Assembly (NCBI GenBank): GCA_963783575.1
Contig: CAWAOD010000009.1
Span: 480,001 to 544,000 of the forward strand
Length of the DNA: 64,000 nt
Source of the DNA: an uncultured Spirochaetota bacterium
GTDB taxonomy: Bacteria > Spirochaetota > Brevinematia > Brevinematales > JAOACQ01
Reading direction: 5' to 3'
The translations under genes and the position numbers were made by a program. Numbering within the stretch: the stretch's first letter is position 1; each line of letters starts with the position of its first letter. Shown here in pieces: positions 52,008-61,568 of this stretch. Below the pieces are notes generated by a model that did no database searches, had not been told where the DNA came from, and saw nothing but the letters and a program-made list of their open reading frames with translations.

Positions 52008-53140
52008 GTGCTTAATTGCGTAAGTTAACGATAGTATTTCTTAATTGAGAACCTTTCACTTCCCGTTTTCTCCACACAAAAGGTTTTGCGGTTTCAGTGT
52101 ATGCTTTAACAAATGCATCTATTGCTTCTCTCAATTCTTCCGTGTTTTTAAAACTGGCGCCTCTAAGAGCTTTTCGGCTCATAATACCAAACCATATTTC
52201 CACCTGATTTAACCAACTTGCCGAAGTAGGCGTGTAATGAAAAAAAACATTCTTATTCCGGGATAACCATTCATCGTTCTTTTTGTGAATACAATAATTG
52301 TCTAAAATTACATGAATTTCTTTATCTTTTGAAACATCTACCACCACTCTATCCATAAACTCAAGAAATTCAATACGTCTTTTGTATTCAGTAGTTTGGG
52401 TGTGTATTAACCCTGTAGCTACTTCCAGCGCAGCAAATAGGTTCAGCGTTCCATTTCTTTTATATGTACTTTTGTATCCTCTTACAATTTTTCCATTATC
52501 CGTCTCTACATAGCCGGTTGTCCTTTCCAACGCTTGAATACCAGGTTTTTCGTCTACAGATATAACCAATGCATTCATCGGCGGATTTAAATACAACCCA
52601 ATAATATTTGTGGCTTTTGTCGAAAATTCAGGATCAGTGCTGACACACCAACTTCGCTGTCGGGATAAGCAAATTCCTTCTTTTCTTAAAACCCTCCATA
52701 CCGCATGCGTTGATGTGTTTAAATGTTTTGCTAAAGCCGGACCATCCCAAATTGCCTGCCCGATAGGCGGTGTTTTTTCCAGAGTTTCTAAAACTTTGTC
52801 CCTGAAATTCTGCCCATATATTTTTGGCTTTCCTGACCTGGGCAGATCATACAATCCATCAATTCCTTTTTGCTGAAATCTTTTTTTCCAATCAATAACC
52901 GTATTTGGTCTTATGTGAAGGTCAGCCGCAATCTCAGATACATTTTGTCCTTTCAGGCTATTGACAATTATTTTCGCCCTCTCTACAAGTCGCGCTTCCA
53001 TAGTTCGGCTTCTCACCCAACTATCAAGAATAATTTCATCCGCTTTGGTGCATGTTATAACTTGCGTTTTCTTAGACATACAACCTCCTTTTTTATGTCT
53101 AAGATTATAATTAATAACGCTTATTATTGCAATTAAGCAC
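52008..53140 (-). mobile_element. IS630-family insertion sequence, copy 1 (1133 bp)
   Basis: Ends GTGCTTAATTGC / GCAATTAAGCAC, TA duplicated on both sides (CTAG context). Confidence 0.93.
52012..53079 (-). CDS. IS630-family transposase
   Basis: HTH, PRSGKP, SVDEKPGIQAL, YKRNGT, ILDNY, TPTSASWLNQVEIWF. Confidence 0.95.
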   Translation of the reverse strand: MSKKTQVITCTKADEIILDSWVRSRTMEARLVERAKIIVNSLKGQNVSEIAADLHIRPNTVIDWKKRFQQKGIDGLYDLPRSGKPKIYGQNFRDKVLETLEKTPPIGQAIWDGPALAKHLNTSTHAVWRVLRKEGICLSRQRSWCVSTDPEFSTKATNIIGLYLNPPMNALVISVDEKPGIQALERTTGYVETDNGKIVRGYKSTYKRNGTLNLFAALEVATGLIHTQTTEYKRRIEFLEFMDRVVVDVSKDKEIHVILDNYCIHKKNDEWLSRNKNVFFHYTPTSASWLNQVEIWFGIMSRKALRGASFKNTEELREAIDAFVKAYTETAKPFVWRKREVKGSQLRNTIVNLRN

Positions 53141-54226
53141 TAGTTCTATTACTTCTTCTTCTACAACTAGTAGTTTAAGTTCTTCAATTTCTTCAAGCTC
53201 AGTTTCTTCAGCAAATTCAAGTTCTTCTATATTTGTTATCACAACAAATTATACTCTTTCCTGTTCTACAAATGCAACAACAAATTATTCTTGGTTGAAC
53301 AATTTTTCAACCACTAATAGTTATGTTGTTAGTAATTTTAATATAAGTAATCAGATTATAGCTTCATTCTATCTTACTTTATCCAATATGCTTACTAATT
53401 CTCAATTAGCTCATTTCTGGACAAATAACTATACATCAAATGTAATCACTAATGTACTGACAAATCTTACTGGAACTGGCACAGCACCAATTTGGCAGAC
53501 TGTGTTTTTTGATGATTTTAATAGAGCAGATACAGCTTGGGGAGATATTGGAAATAATTGGTATATTATAACTAATAATTTTCAATATACAAATAATGGG
53601 ATGATGAAAATATCTAATAATGAGGTTTATTCTGAAATTCAAGAAACGGGTGTTAGTTTTTCAACCATGCCTTGTGCTGTTTATAAGCAATCAGTAAATT
53701 TTACTAATAAAATAGTAAAAATTTCAACAAAATTTAAAACAGATTCATCAACTGGAAATTTCTTTTGTATTGCGGCATGGAATAATAACCTTTCAGAAAA
53801 TTTTTCTTGTGGTATTGGTCAAGCTGTAGGTTTAGGGGATATTTATACATCATGCACTTATAATAATGCAACAGGGTTTACTAATATCTCAAGTACCAAT
53901 TATACAATTACATTAAATACTTACTATCTTATTGAGTTCATTATTGATAGTACCAATTTAAATGTCATACACAAAGATTTGCCTAATAGTAATATTTTAT
54001 GTTCTGTATCAACAATAACTTATACTAATATTAATCCTAGTAAAATAGTCATTAGCGGTAATCAAAATCAGCATAAATTATTTTTTGATGATCTAAAAAT
54101 TGAAAAGTTTGAATAAATTACAATAATTGATTTAAATATTTGTTTGATTTAGACTAAATGAAATATTTTAATTAACGATTCAAACGGCATCCGTGGCGTT
54201 TTTGTACTGACGATTGCTATTCTATT

Positions 54227-54482
54227 CGCACAACGAGACTATAGAAAAAGTGGATTTTTGAGAAATATCTGAAATATGCTGCGGTGTTCGACCTGCGTTG
54301 CGGCTCCGGTCTGCGCTCCTCGAGTTCGCCCGACAGGCCTTATTATTTTGGAGGAAGAACTATGATATACAATAGCTTTAAGGTACGAAACAAGATTATG
54401 TTCGGGCTCACCATGTTTGCAAGCCTAAGCGCACGGTGCTAGCGCTAAGGCTGCAAACACCGTATAGATATACAGTTGTACG
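54227..54482 (+). other. attC-like recombination-site candidate
   Basis: CGCACAAC (54227-54234) ... GTTGTACG (54475-54482); internal bulged hairpin TGTTTGCAAGCCTAAGCGC / GCGCTAAGGCTGCAAACA (54414-54459). Confidence 0.45.
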
Positions 54483-54555
54483 AAATATTGCGGATCGAAA
54501 CTGGCGGTTAAATCTGCCCACCGTCCGTGGTGGGCTAAAGATATGGAGTAAATGT

Positions 54556-55071
54556 ATGGCAAACTCAAGGGATGATTTTGATAAAACAGTATTAGAAGCT
54601 TTAGCTAAAAGATCGTCTTATGTGTGCTCCAATCCTTATTGTAGAGCCCAATAGCACCATCTGGAATTGATACTTCAAAATATATTTATGTTGGTGTTGC
54701 TTCTCATATTTCGGCAGCAGCATCAGGTGGCCCCAGGATATAATCCATCACTTAGCCCAGAACAGCGTAGTTCAATTGAAAATGCCATATTTCTTTGCTC
54801 TACTTGCAGTAATATGATTGATAAAAATAATGGTCTTGATTTTCCAATTGAAGTTTTAAAAAAGTGGAAAAATGATCATGAAATCTGGGTAAGATCACAA
54901 TTAAACAAATCAGTATCTGCAAAGTTACATATCGTAAATGGAGAGCATAATGCAAGTGGCATTGGAACAATTACTGGCTTGGAAATTAAAAGTCCAACTA
55001 TCATAAAACCGGGCACTAAAGTTACAGCAGAAGGTATTGGTAATATAACAGGAACAAAAATTGGAGGATAA
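54556..55071 (+). pseudogene. HNH-endonuclease-like protein with two frameshifts (near 54650 and 54735)
   Basis: RDDF..LAKRSSYVCSNPYC / GVASHISAAASGGP / YNP..RSSIENAIFLCSTCSNMIDK..LKKWK.DHE. Confidence 0.75.
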
Positions 55072-55073
55072 TT

Positions 55074-55301
55074 ATGGAAGTTACAAGTTATTTTGGTTAT
55101 ATTTGCCCTAATTGTAAATCAACTATTGATATTGGTGCAATTGTAGGAAGCAGTAAAATACTATGCCCTACTTGTAAAACAGAAATGGTGCCAAATAAAA
55201 ATGGTAGATCAGTTGGGACAAATGTTCATTGTAAAAATTGTAATAGTAGTTTTGGGTTAATAAACTCAGATAAATGCCCAAATTGCGGAACACCATTTTA
55301 A
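55074..55301 (+). CDS. Small zinc-ribbon protein (four CxxC)
   Basis: CPNC, CPTC, CKNC, CPNC; RBS GGAGG. Confidence 0.75.
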   Translation: MEVTSYFGYICPNCKSTIDIGAIVGSSKILCPTCKTEMVPNKNGRSVGTNVHCKNCNSSFGLINSDKCPNCGTPF

Positions 55302-55651
55302 ATAAGTAATGTTGAAGTAAAAGACTCAACCCCCGTGGCTACAGTTTTTTAGTAATACATTCGACCCGGAATACTTGCACAACAGCTATGTAGAAAAAGT
55401 CTAATTACGAAAGCAGTTTTCCTCTCCATCCGTTCCAAAAATATTTTATTAGCCGGATAGCATTGAATTTCTTTAAAACAGGACTCAAATCCAGCAATTG
55501 TAATTGTCCCGTAGCGGTTTCCCAGTTAGCTTAGGATAAAGGAATAAACCATGCTGAAAATGTTAAGCACATTATCCACTTTTATAAAAATAGAATCGTG
55601 AATATGGCAGCACAGGATGTGCGTCAGCAGTGAATCAAAACAGGCGATGCA

Positions 55652-55774
55652 CTGAGCCTGTCGAAGTGATGTTTTATTGAGTTGCTTTTTAATAAAAAAT
55701 ATGTTTCATGAAAATTGGATGCTCCATTACATAAAATATATCTACGCTATGGAAACCATGCTCGGCAAGCTCAG
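55652..55774. repeat. Inverted pair of REP-like CTTCGACAGGCTCAG-type repeats
   Basis: CTGAGCCTGTCGAAG (55652-55666) and GCTCGGCAAGCTCAG (55760-55774); related copies at 50434/51422 and 61524. Confidence 0.55.
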
Positions 55775-55795
55775 CATAAACTCCGGGCGCACGGA

Positions 55796-57647
55796 TGATT
55801 TTGCTGAAAAATAATGTAAAAAAACAACCGTCTTTTCCAAATTTTAAATATTTTTTAATTTTTACCTAAGACACAGATCAATTTTGCCTTACGTCATTAT
55901 TTACCTCTTTTTTCCCGGATTCTTTGAGCATTATACCCTCTATGTTACTCTATTAAGCCAATATTCCTTCAGATATTGGCAACTTTTGTTGTAATGACAA
56001 TATTTTCTTAATATATCTTTTGAAGTTCACCGCTGCCCCTGTCATTAAATACTGGAATTGTCTGCCTTCTGTTCCTTTATATTTTATTTTCCTGAGTCCA
56101 TGAAATCTTACCGATTCGCTGATTGTGCCTTCTACCTGCGCCCTTACACTCATTTCGCTTTTAAATTTAGCGGTTTTTTGTTCTTCCCTCCGTTTTCTCA
56201 AATGATCGTAATCCATCCCGACTCTTATTATGCGCATCTTTTCCCTTCCGGCTACACAATCTTTGAAGAAGGCGCAGGCCATACATTCATTCTTTGGAAA
56301 TATTATACAATAAGCATTATCACCATTTTTTTTATGTCTTTCACTTCTAACGCCCTTCGGACAGGTAGCTGTCAGGTTTTTCATATCAATCTTGAAATTT
56401 TCTAATTTAAAATTCTTTGGCTTTAATGAAGTGTCTTTCTGTACATAACCCATCAGATTTTCTCCACGTTCTTCGAATTCCCTTATTGCCGTTCCGCTTA
56501 AATAATTTGTATCTGCATATGTCTTATCAGGCTTCAAGCCCCTTTCATCATTCATCTCTTTGAGCTTAGGAAGAATTTTATTATCATTCTCATTCGCAGG
56601 CTGTTGTATCATACCGACTATAAAATTGATTTCCCCTTTCTCCGCGGTTTCAACAACATGGCACTTTTCTCCTACCCAACTTGTTTTACCCTTTTTGCCC
56701 AGTTTCAATGTCGGATCGTCAGGCGTGAAAATCGTTTGCTTCGGGGTTACTATTTCTTCCACTTCAATGAATTCTTTATTCCCCACTTCCTTTGTCCGGA
56801 TGATCACATTCTCAGAAAAAATAGTTTCCATAATCTCTAATTGCCTCAATTCTTTAAGGCTTTCTGCCGGATTATCCATAATGCCCCTCTTAATCCTGAA
56901 ACCGTCTTCAACAATCTCTGCCTGCCTGTCTCCCCGTTTTTCTTTTGATAATCCGAAGGAACTGAAATCTTTACTGTAACGTTCCTGTATATCATCCGGA
57001 ATCATCTTGTTATAATATTCAGGGTCAATTTTTCCTATCTCTATAACAACCCATTTTACTGCCCGAAACAGAAGATCAGTAGTGGATATTCTGTTTAAAT
57101 GCTTTACAACATGAGTCGCATCAATCCTTTGCTTGGCATGGTCTCTAATGAAACCCTTTTTCTTGATTTGATTTAATAGAGTGTCAAATATGATGCACAT
57201 TTTATCGTTTTCTATAAGTCTTTTCCTGAATACGCAAAGTGTGCTGGCTTCAAAGATATCCTTAGCGGCAACTTCAAGATGCAGGCCAATTTTCCAGTCA
57301 AGTCTTGTGTTAACGGCTTTTACCGTTTCATCGTCGGACAGTGATTCTTTCCATTGAAGTAATGTTACCATAGCAAGGAATGAAGGTGATCTGCAATTTC
57401 TTCCAACGTCTGAATAACAATCTTTAAAAGGCTCGTTATTAAATATTGGGAAAAGCTCTTTACTGAACACTTGCATTGGATCGGAAGGCTTCAGGAAATC
57501 TTTCATCACTATATGTGCCGAATAGAGACTTTCTTCTTTTTCTTTTGGTAAAGACATATAAGTCCTCATTTGTAAATTATTATTAATATTATAACACGTA
57601 TCTATATAAATAGCGATGATTGCCCTCTACATTTTTCAGCAAAATCA
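55796..57647 (-). mobile_element. Second, distinct IS1182-family insertion sequence (about 1.85 kb)
   Basis: Perfect 17-bp IRs TGATTTTGCTGAAAAAT / ATTTTTCAGCAAAATCA; GGA on both flanks, exact duplication ambiguous. Confidence 0.88.
55953..57569 (-). CDS. IS1182-family transposase
   Basis: LAMVTLLQWKESLSD..RLDWK, QRIDATHV, YADTNY, Cys cluster, RAQVEGTISE. Confidence 0.9.
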   Translation of the reverse strand: MRTYMSLPKEKEESLYSAHIVMKDFLKPSDPMQVFSKELFPIFNNEPFKDCYSDVGRNCRSPSFLAMVTLLQWKESLSDDETVKAVNTRLDWKIGLHLEVAAKDIFEASTLCVFRKRLIENDKMCIIFDTLLNQIKKKGFIRDHAKQRIDATHVVKHLNRISTTDLLFRAVKWVVIEIGKIDPEYYNKMIPDDIQERYSKDFSSFGLSKEKRGDRQAEIVEDGFRIKRGIMDNPAESLKELRQLEIMETIFSENVIIRTKEVGNKEFIEVEEIVTPKQTIFTPDDPTLKLGKKGKTSWVGEKCHVVETAEKGEINFIVGMIQQPANENDNKILPKLKEMNDERGLKPDKTYADTNYLSGTAIREFEERGENLMGYVQKDTSLKPKNFKLENFKIDMKNLTATCPKGVRSERHKKNGDNAYCIIFPKNECMACAFFKDCVAGREKMRIIRVGMDYDHLRKRREEQKTAKFKSEMSVRAQVEGTISESVRFHGLRKIKYKGTEGRQFQYLMTGAAVNFKRYIKKILSLQQKLPISEGILA

Positions 57648-57651
57648 AGGA

Positions 57652-57802
57652 TGGGTTCACTGAAAAATGAGTTAAATTTTGAAAACTATAATCAACCTTT
57701 TCTAATTGCATTTATAATTCATTGTTATAAAATAGGATATGATACCAATAAAATACTGTTTATTAAACATTTTAAGATTTATGCTGATTTTCAGTGAACC
57801 CA
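57652..57802. repeat. MITE-like 151-bp element with perfect 15-bp inverted repeats
   Basis: TGGGTTCACTGAAAA (57652-57666) / TTTTCAGTGAACCCA (57788-57802). Confidence 0.65.
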
Positions 57803-57971
57803 AGGATGCGCCATTATATCCACTCTTCAATATATAAGCCAGTGGCGAACGCCAGTTCGCCAAATAACACGATGTTATATGTGGCTTTACGGCAAAGTGC
57901 TTCCCCCTTGACAATTGAATTTTTGATAATTATCATGAAGAAAGTTTAATATTGATAGTCAGGAGGGTAAA

Positions 57972-58793
57972 ATGAACCGGCAGAAATCGGAAAAAACAAT
58001 ACTAATAACAGGCTCATCTTCGGGGATCGGTAAGGAAACGGCACTGTACTTTTCCGAAAAAGGGTGGAATGTTATCGCAACAATGCGCAATCCTTCAGGA
58101 AGAAAGCCTGATTTTCCGTCAGAAAATATAGAATTGCTTCCGCTGGATGTTACCGATATATCATCAATTAGAAACGCTATAAAATTTACGGTTGAGAAAT
58201 ACGGAAGAATCGATGCGCTGGTTAATAATGCCGGATATGCCGTAGAAGGCATATTTGAAGCATCAACTTCAGGTGAAGCCGAAAAACAGTTTAAAACAAA
58301 TGTTCTTGGGCTTATGGATGCCGTCCGTGAAATAATCCCAGTATACAGGGAACAGAAAAGCGGTTTAATTATTAACGTGGCTTCAATCGGCGGGCGTATA
58401 GGTTTTCCATTTTACAGCATTTACAACAGCTCGAAATGGGCGGTGGAGGGATTTTCAGACGCTCTTCATTATGAATTGGAGCCTTTAAATATAAAAGTTA
58501 AAATAATTGAGCCTGGATTGATACTAACTGATTTTTATAATCGCTCCATGGTCAGGGCTGAAAAACTGCAACCCTATAATATCATTTTAGAAAGGGCGAA
58601 TAAAAAAAGCAATGATATGATGAAAACAGGTTCACATCCCAGGGTTATTGCAAAATTAATTTATAAAGCCGCAATGGATAAAAGCAATAAGTTACGTTAT
58701 TCGGGCGGATCGGGAGCTAAAATCATTCTCCTGTTAAGAAAGATTTTGCCAGATTCCCTTTTTTTCCCGATTCTCAAATCAGTTATTATATAA
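57972..58793 (+). CDS. SDR family oxidoreductase
   Basis: TGSSSGIG, LDVTD, NNAG, YNSSK, IIEPG. Confidence 0.93.
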   Translation: MNRQKSEKTILITGSSSGIGKETALYFSEKGWNVIATMRNPSGRKPDFPSENIELLPLDVTDISSIRNAIKFTVEKYGRIDALVNNAGYAVEGIFEASTSGEAEKQFKTNVLGLMDAVREIIPVYREQKSGLIINVASIGGRIGFPFYSIYNSSKWAVEGFSDALHYELEPLNIKVKIIEPGLILTDFYNRSMVRAEKLQPYNIILERANKKSNDMMKTGSHPRVIAKLIYKAAMDKSNKLRYSGGSGAKIILLLRKILPDSLFFPILKSVII

Positions 58794-58816
58794 CAACCGC
58801 CGGATATAAATTGAAT

Positions 58817-59149
58817 CTATTCCCTGAACATTGAGAGAAGCATTTTAAAACGCTTTTCAGCTTTGACGGCATGTGGTATTTCTGCAGGAATCATGAGCAT
58901 CTCACCCTCTTTGACTTCGATGCTTTTTCCCCCGATTGTAATTTTAGCCTGTCCCTCGGCAATCAGCGCAAAAGCATCGAATGGGGCAGTATGTTCGCTT
59001 AAATTCTGACCTTCATCAAAGGAAAAGAGTGTGATGGTTCCCGATTTATTTTCGTAAATTGTCCTGCTTACGATAGACTCAATCGAGTATTCAATTGAAT
59101 TCTTTAAATCAAAAGGCAATTTTTCAGATTTTAAATTTTCTTTATCCAT
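58817..59149 (-). CDS. Cupin domain protein
   Basis: TLFSFDEGQNLSEHTAP, IPAEIPHAV. Confidence 0.88.
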   Translation of the reverse strand: MDKENLKSEKLPFDLKNSIEYSIESIVSRTIYENKSGTITLFSFDEGQNLSEHTAPFDAFALIAEGQAKITIGGKSIEVKEGEMLMIPAEIPHAVKAEKRFKMLLSMFRE

Positions 59150-59182
59150 ATACAATTCCTTAAGCATTTTTGAACTCAGCAG

Positions 59183-60247
59183 TTATTTTATTTCAAAACA
59201 CTTACCTTTTTCTTTTTTACTGCATTGTCCCGTTACCTGCCCGCAACGATAGCAGATTTCATTTTTCAATTCTTTATTGTCAAAAAAATCTTTTATGTTC
59301 TGAAGAGTTGTGCTTGCGATATTTGTCAGGGCTTCCTTTGTAAAGAAAGCCTGATGCGAGGTTATAAGCACATTATTGAATGTGAGAAGCCTCGCCAGAA
59401 TATCATCATTGATGTTCTGGCTTGAAAAATCCTCAAAGAAATACTCACTTTCCTCTTCATATACATCTAGCCCGGCATATCCTATTTTCCCGCTCTTCAG
59501 CCCGGCGATAAGCGCTTTTGTATCAATCAATTTACCTCGGCTTGTATTGATAAGCATTACCCCGTCTTTCATTGCGCCGATGCTTTCCTTATTTATTAAA
59601 TATTGAGTTTCCGGTGTCAATGGGCAGTGCAGCGAAATTATATCGGAATTTTTATAAAGAGTCCCAAGATCAGTATATTCAAAACCGGTTTTTTCAGCAA
59701 GTTCTTTATTTGGAAATGCATCATTAGCCAGTACTTTCATGCCAAAGCCTTTTAAAATATTGATTAAAACTTTCCCGATCTGCCCTGTACCTATAATACC
59801 GGCTGTTTTACCGTACATATCAAAACCGAGAAGGCCTGTAATTGTAAAATTATTATCCTGTGTCCTATAATAAGCTTTATGAGTACGGCGGTTAAGAGTT
59901 AGCATCATCGCCACGGCATGCTCGGCTACCGCGTAAGGGGAATATGCCGGAACCCTTACTACGTGTATGTTTTCATATGCCGATTTGAGGTCAATATTAT
60001 TGTATCCGGCGCTTCTTAGGGCAATAAGCTTGATTCCATAATCTTTAAGCGTTTTAATAACTTCAGCAGTGGCAATATCATTCACAAAAAGGCAGACAGT
60101 ATCAAAACCCTTTGCAAGAGTTATTGTGTCCACTGTTAAATGACCGTTGAAAAACTTCAGTTCATATCCGAATTTCTTATTTGCTTTTTCAAAAAAAATA
60201 ATGTCGTAAGGCTTAGCATCATAAAAAGCTATTCTTTTTGTACTCAT
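59183..60247 (-). CDS. ldhA: D-lactate dehydrogenase (D-2-hydroxyacid dehydrogenase)
   Basis: LRSAGYNNID, VPAYSPYAVAEH, GTGQIG, SLHCPLT, NTSRG, LDVYEEE, TSHQAFFT. Confidence 0.88.
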   Translation of the reverse strand: MSTKRIAFYDAKPYDIIFFEKANKKFGYELKFFNGHLTVDTITLAKGFDTVCLFVNDIATAEVIKTLKDYGIKLIALRSAGYNNIDLKSAYENIHVVRVPAYSPYAVAEHAVAMMLTLNRRTHKAYYRTQDNNFTITGLLGFDMYGKTAGIIGTGQIGKVLINILKGFGMKVLANDAFPNKELAEKTGFEYTDLGTLYKNSDIISLHCPLTPETQYLINKESIGAMKDGVMLINTSRGKLIDTKALIAGLKSGKIGYAGLDVYEEESEYFFEDFSSQNINDDILARLLTFNNVLITSHQAFFTKEALTNIASTTLQNIKDFFDNKELKNEICYRCGQVTGQCSKKEKGKCFEIK

Positions 60248-60281
60248 AAGATTTCTCCTAAAAAATTTAAATTTATGATTA

Positions 60282-60673
60282 TCAATCAAGCAGTCTTTTC
60301 TCTCCCTTAATATTCATAATCCCGGTTATATCCCGTTTGTTTCCAGCGTCCCAAGATATGCTCCGTTTGAATCCCTGACAGGGAAATACTCTATTAGAAT
60401 TGTTTTTCCGCCCAGATTTATCCAGAAAGAAGCTTCATTCCTGATGCCGCCGCGAAAATCATCAAGGATTTTCTGTACAATGTGCATGCTTTTCGGAGGA
60501 TGGCATTTCTGGACCTGCCTGCCAAGATCCATCTTTGTCCTTGGGAATATTCTCCCTTTTGCCGGTGTATTAAAAAACTTAACCCTGTCTTCGGCGTCAA
60601 CAAAAGACACATCAACGGGAAGGCTATCCATCACGGATTCAATTGTTTCAAACGATAAGTCTCTTAAATTCAT
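60282..60673 (-). CDS. Stand-alone PAS domain protein (DUF438-associated type); frameshift near 60335
   Basis: LPVDVSFVD, IFPRT, CHPPKS, YLGTLE; tail DITGIMNIKGEKRLLD in a shifted frame. Confidence 0.8.
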
Positions 60674-60713
60674 AATAAAGCTCCTTATAATAATAAAAAT
60701 TGATTTTACAGCG

Positions 60714-61499
60714 CTATTTTAAATCAAAATAACCGAGATTGTCGCATTCTTCCTTGATTTCCTTCCATTCCTCGTCCGGAATAACTTTGAGAGCCGTTAC
60801 ATAAAGAATATGCTCTTCTTTCTGGGTATGTACGGAAAACTTTTCGAGAAGGCGCGTTACTGTATTTTCTAACACACGTAAAAGCTCGGAATACGTCATT
60901 CCGTTATTCTTATCCAATAATCTAAGTATCTCTTTTTTTTGCTCCTTCATTTCCGTATGCTCTGCCCACATAATCGCCGGAGGCTGTTCAATTCCATGTT
61001 TTTCAAGAACAGGAAAGAGCGTGTTTTCCTGCCTGACATTATGATTTTCGGCTTCCATCAATCTCTGCGCAAATTTTCGAATAATAATCAGTTCCTCTTC
61101 AGCTTCATTATAACCCGCCTTCTGTTTTGCCCTTATTACAGCAAATCTCAATTCCTCCATTATCTTCAGGATAAACCTGTGCTCTTCCTGGAATCGATGA
61201 ATCGGATGCCAATCCGGAACTTTTAAATTAGGATTTTCAATAGCATCTTTGAAAAGAAGAAGGTGAATATCGCATGCGTTCATAAGGTCATCCTGGCTGT
61301 ATCCTTCCTTAACAAGCTCGTTTTCTGCCATTGCTATTACAAGGGGGTTGGCCACGGCTATAATATCCTTGAATTCGGTTTTAATTTTATCCAGGTTTTC
61401 CATGCATGCTTTTCCGCTTAATTTTTTCATTAGCTCTTTAACCTGATTCTTTGTCTCTTCAAATGTCAATTTCTTCTCATCTCTAAGTATCTGCTCCAT
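60714..61499 (-). CDS. DUF438/hemerythrin-like domain protein
   Basis: CDIH, HPIH.F..EH, HNVRQENTLFP.LE, MWAEH, HTQKEEHILY; RBS AGGAGG. Confidence 0.82.
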   Translation of the reverse strand: MEQILRDEKKLTFEETKNQVKELMKKLSGKACMENLDKIKTEFKDIIAVANPLVIAMAENELVKEGYSQDDLMNACDIHLLLFKDAIENPNLKVPDWHPIHRFQEEHRFILKIMEELRFAVIRAKQKAGYNEAEEELIIIRKFAQRLMEAENHNVRQENTLFPVLEKHGIEQPPAIMWAEHTEMKEQKKEILRLLDKNNGMTYSELLRVLENTVTRLLEKFSVHTQKEEHILYVTALKVIPDEEWKEIKEECDNLGYFDLK

Positions 61500-61568
61500 G
61501 TTTCCCTCCTTCAACAAGAGTTCCCCTTCGCCAGGCTCAGGGACCACAGGCCTATAAAAGTATATTCC

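Larger units (their letters stand above)
51881..54116 (+). pseudogene. Ser/Thr/Asn-rich lipoprotein interrupted by IS630
   Basis: RBS AGGAGG; MKKIVSWIFMVLVGILFVFYSC lipobox; removing the IS and one TA fuses it in frame with ORF 53127-54116 (FFDDFNR...FFDDLKIE beta-rich domain). Confidence 0.85.

Noticed and set aside
53127..54116. Independent gene starting at TTG 53127
   Set aside because: The start codon lies within the IS630 end; it is the distal part of the lipoprotein starting at 51881
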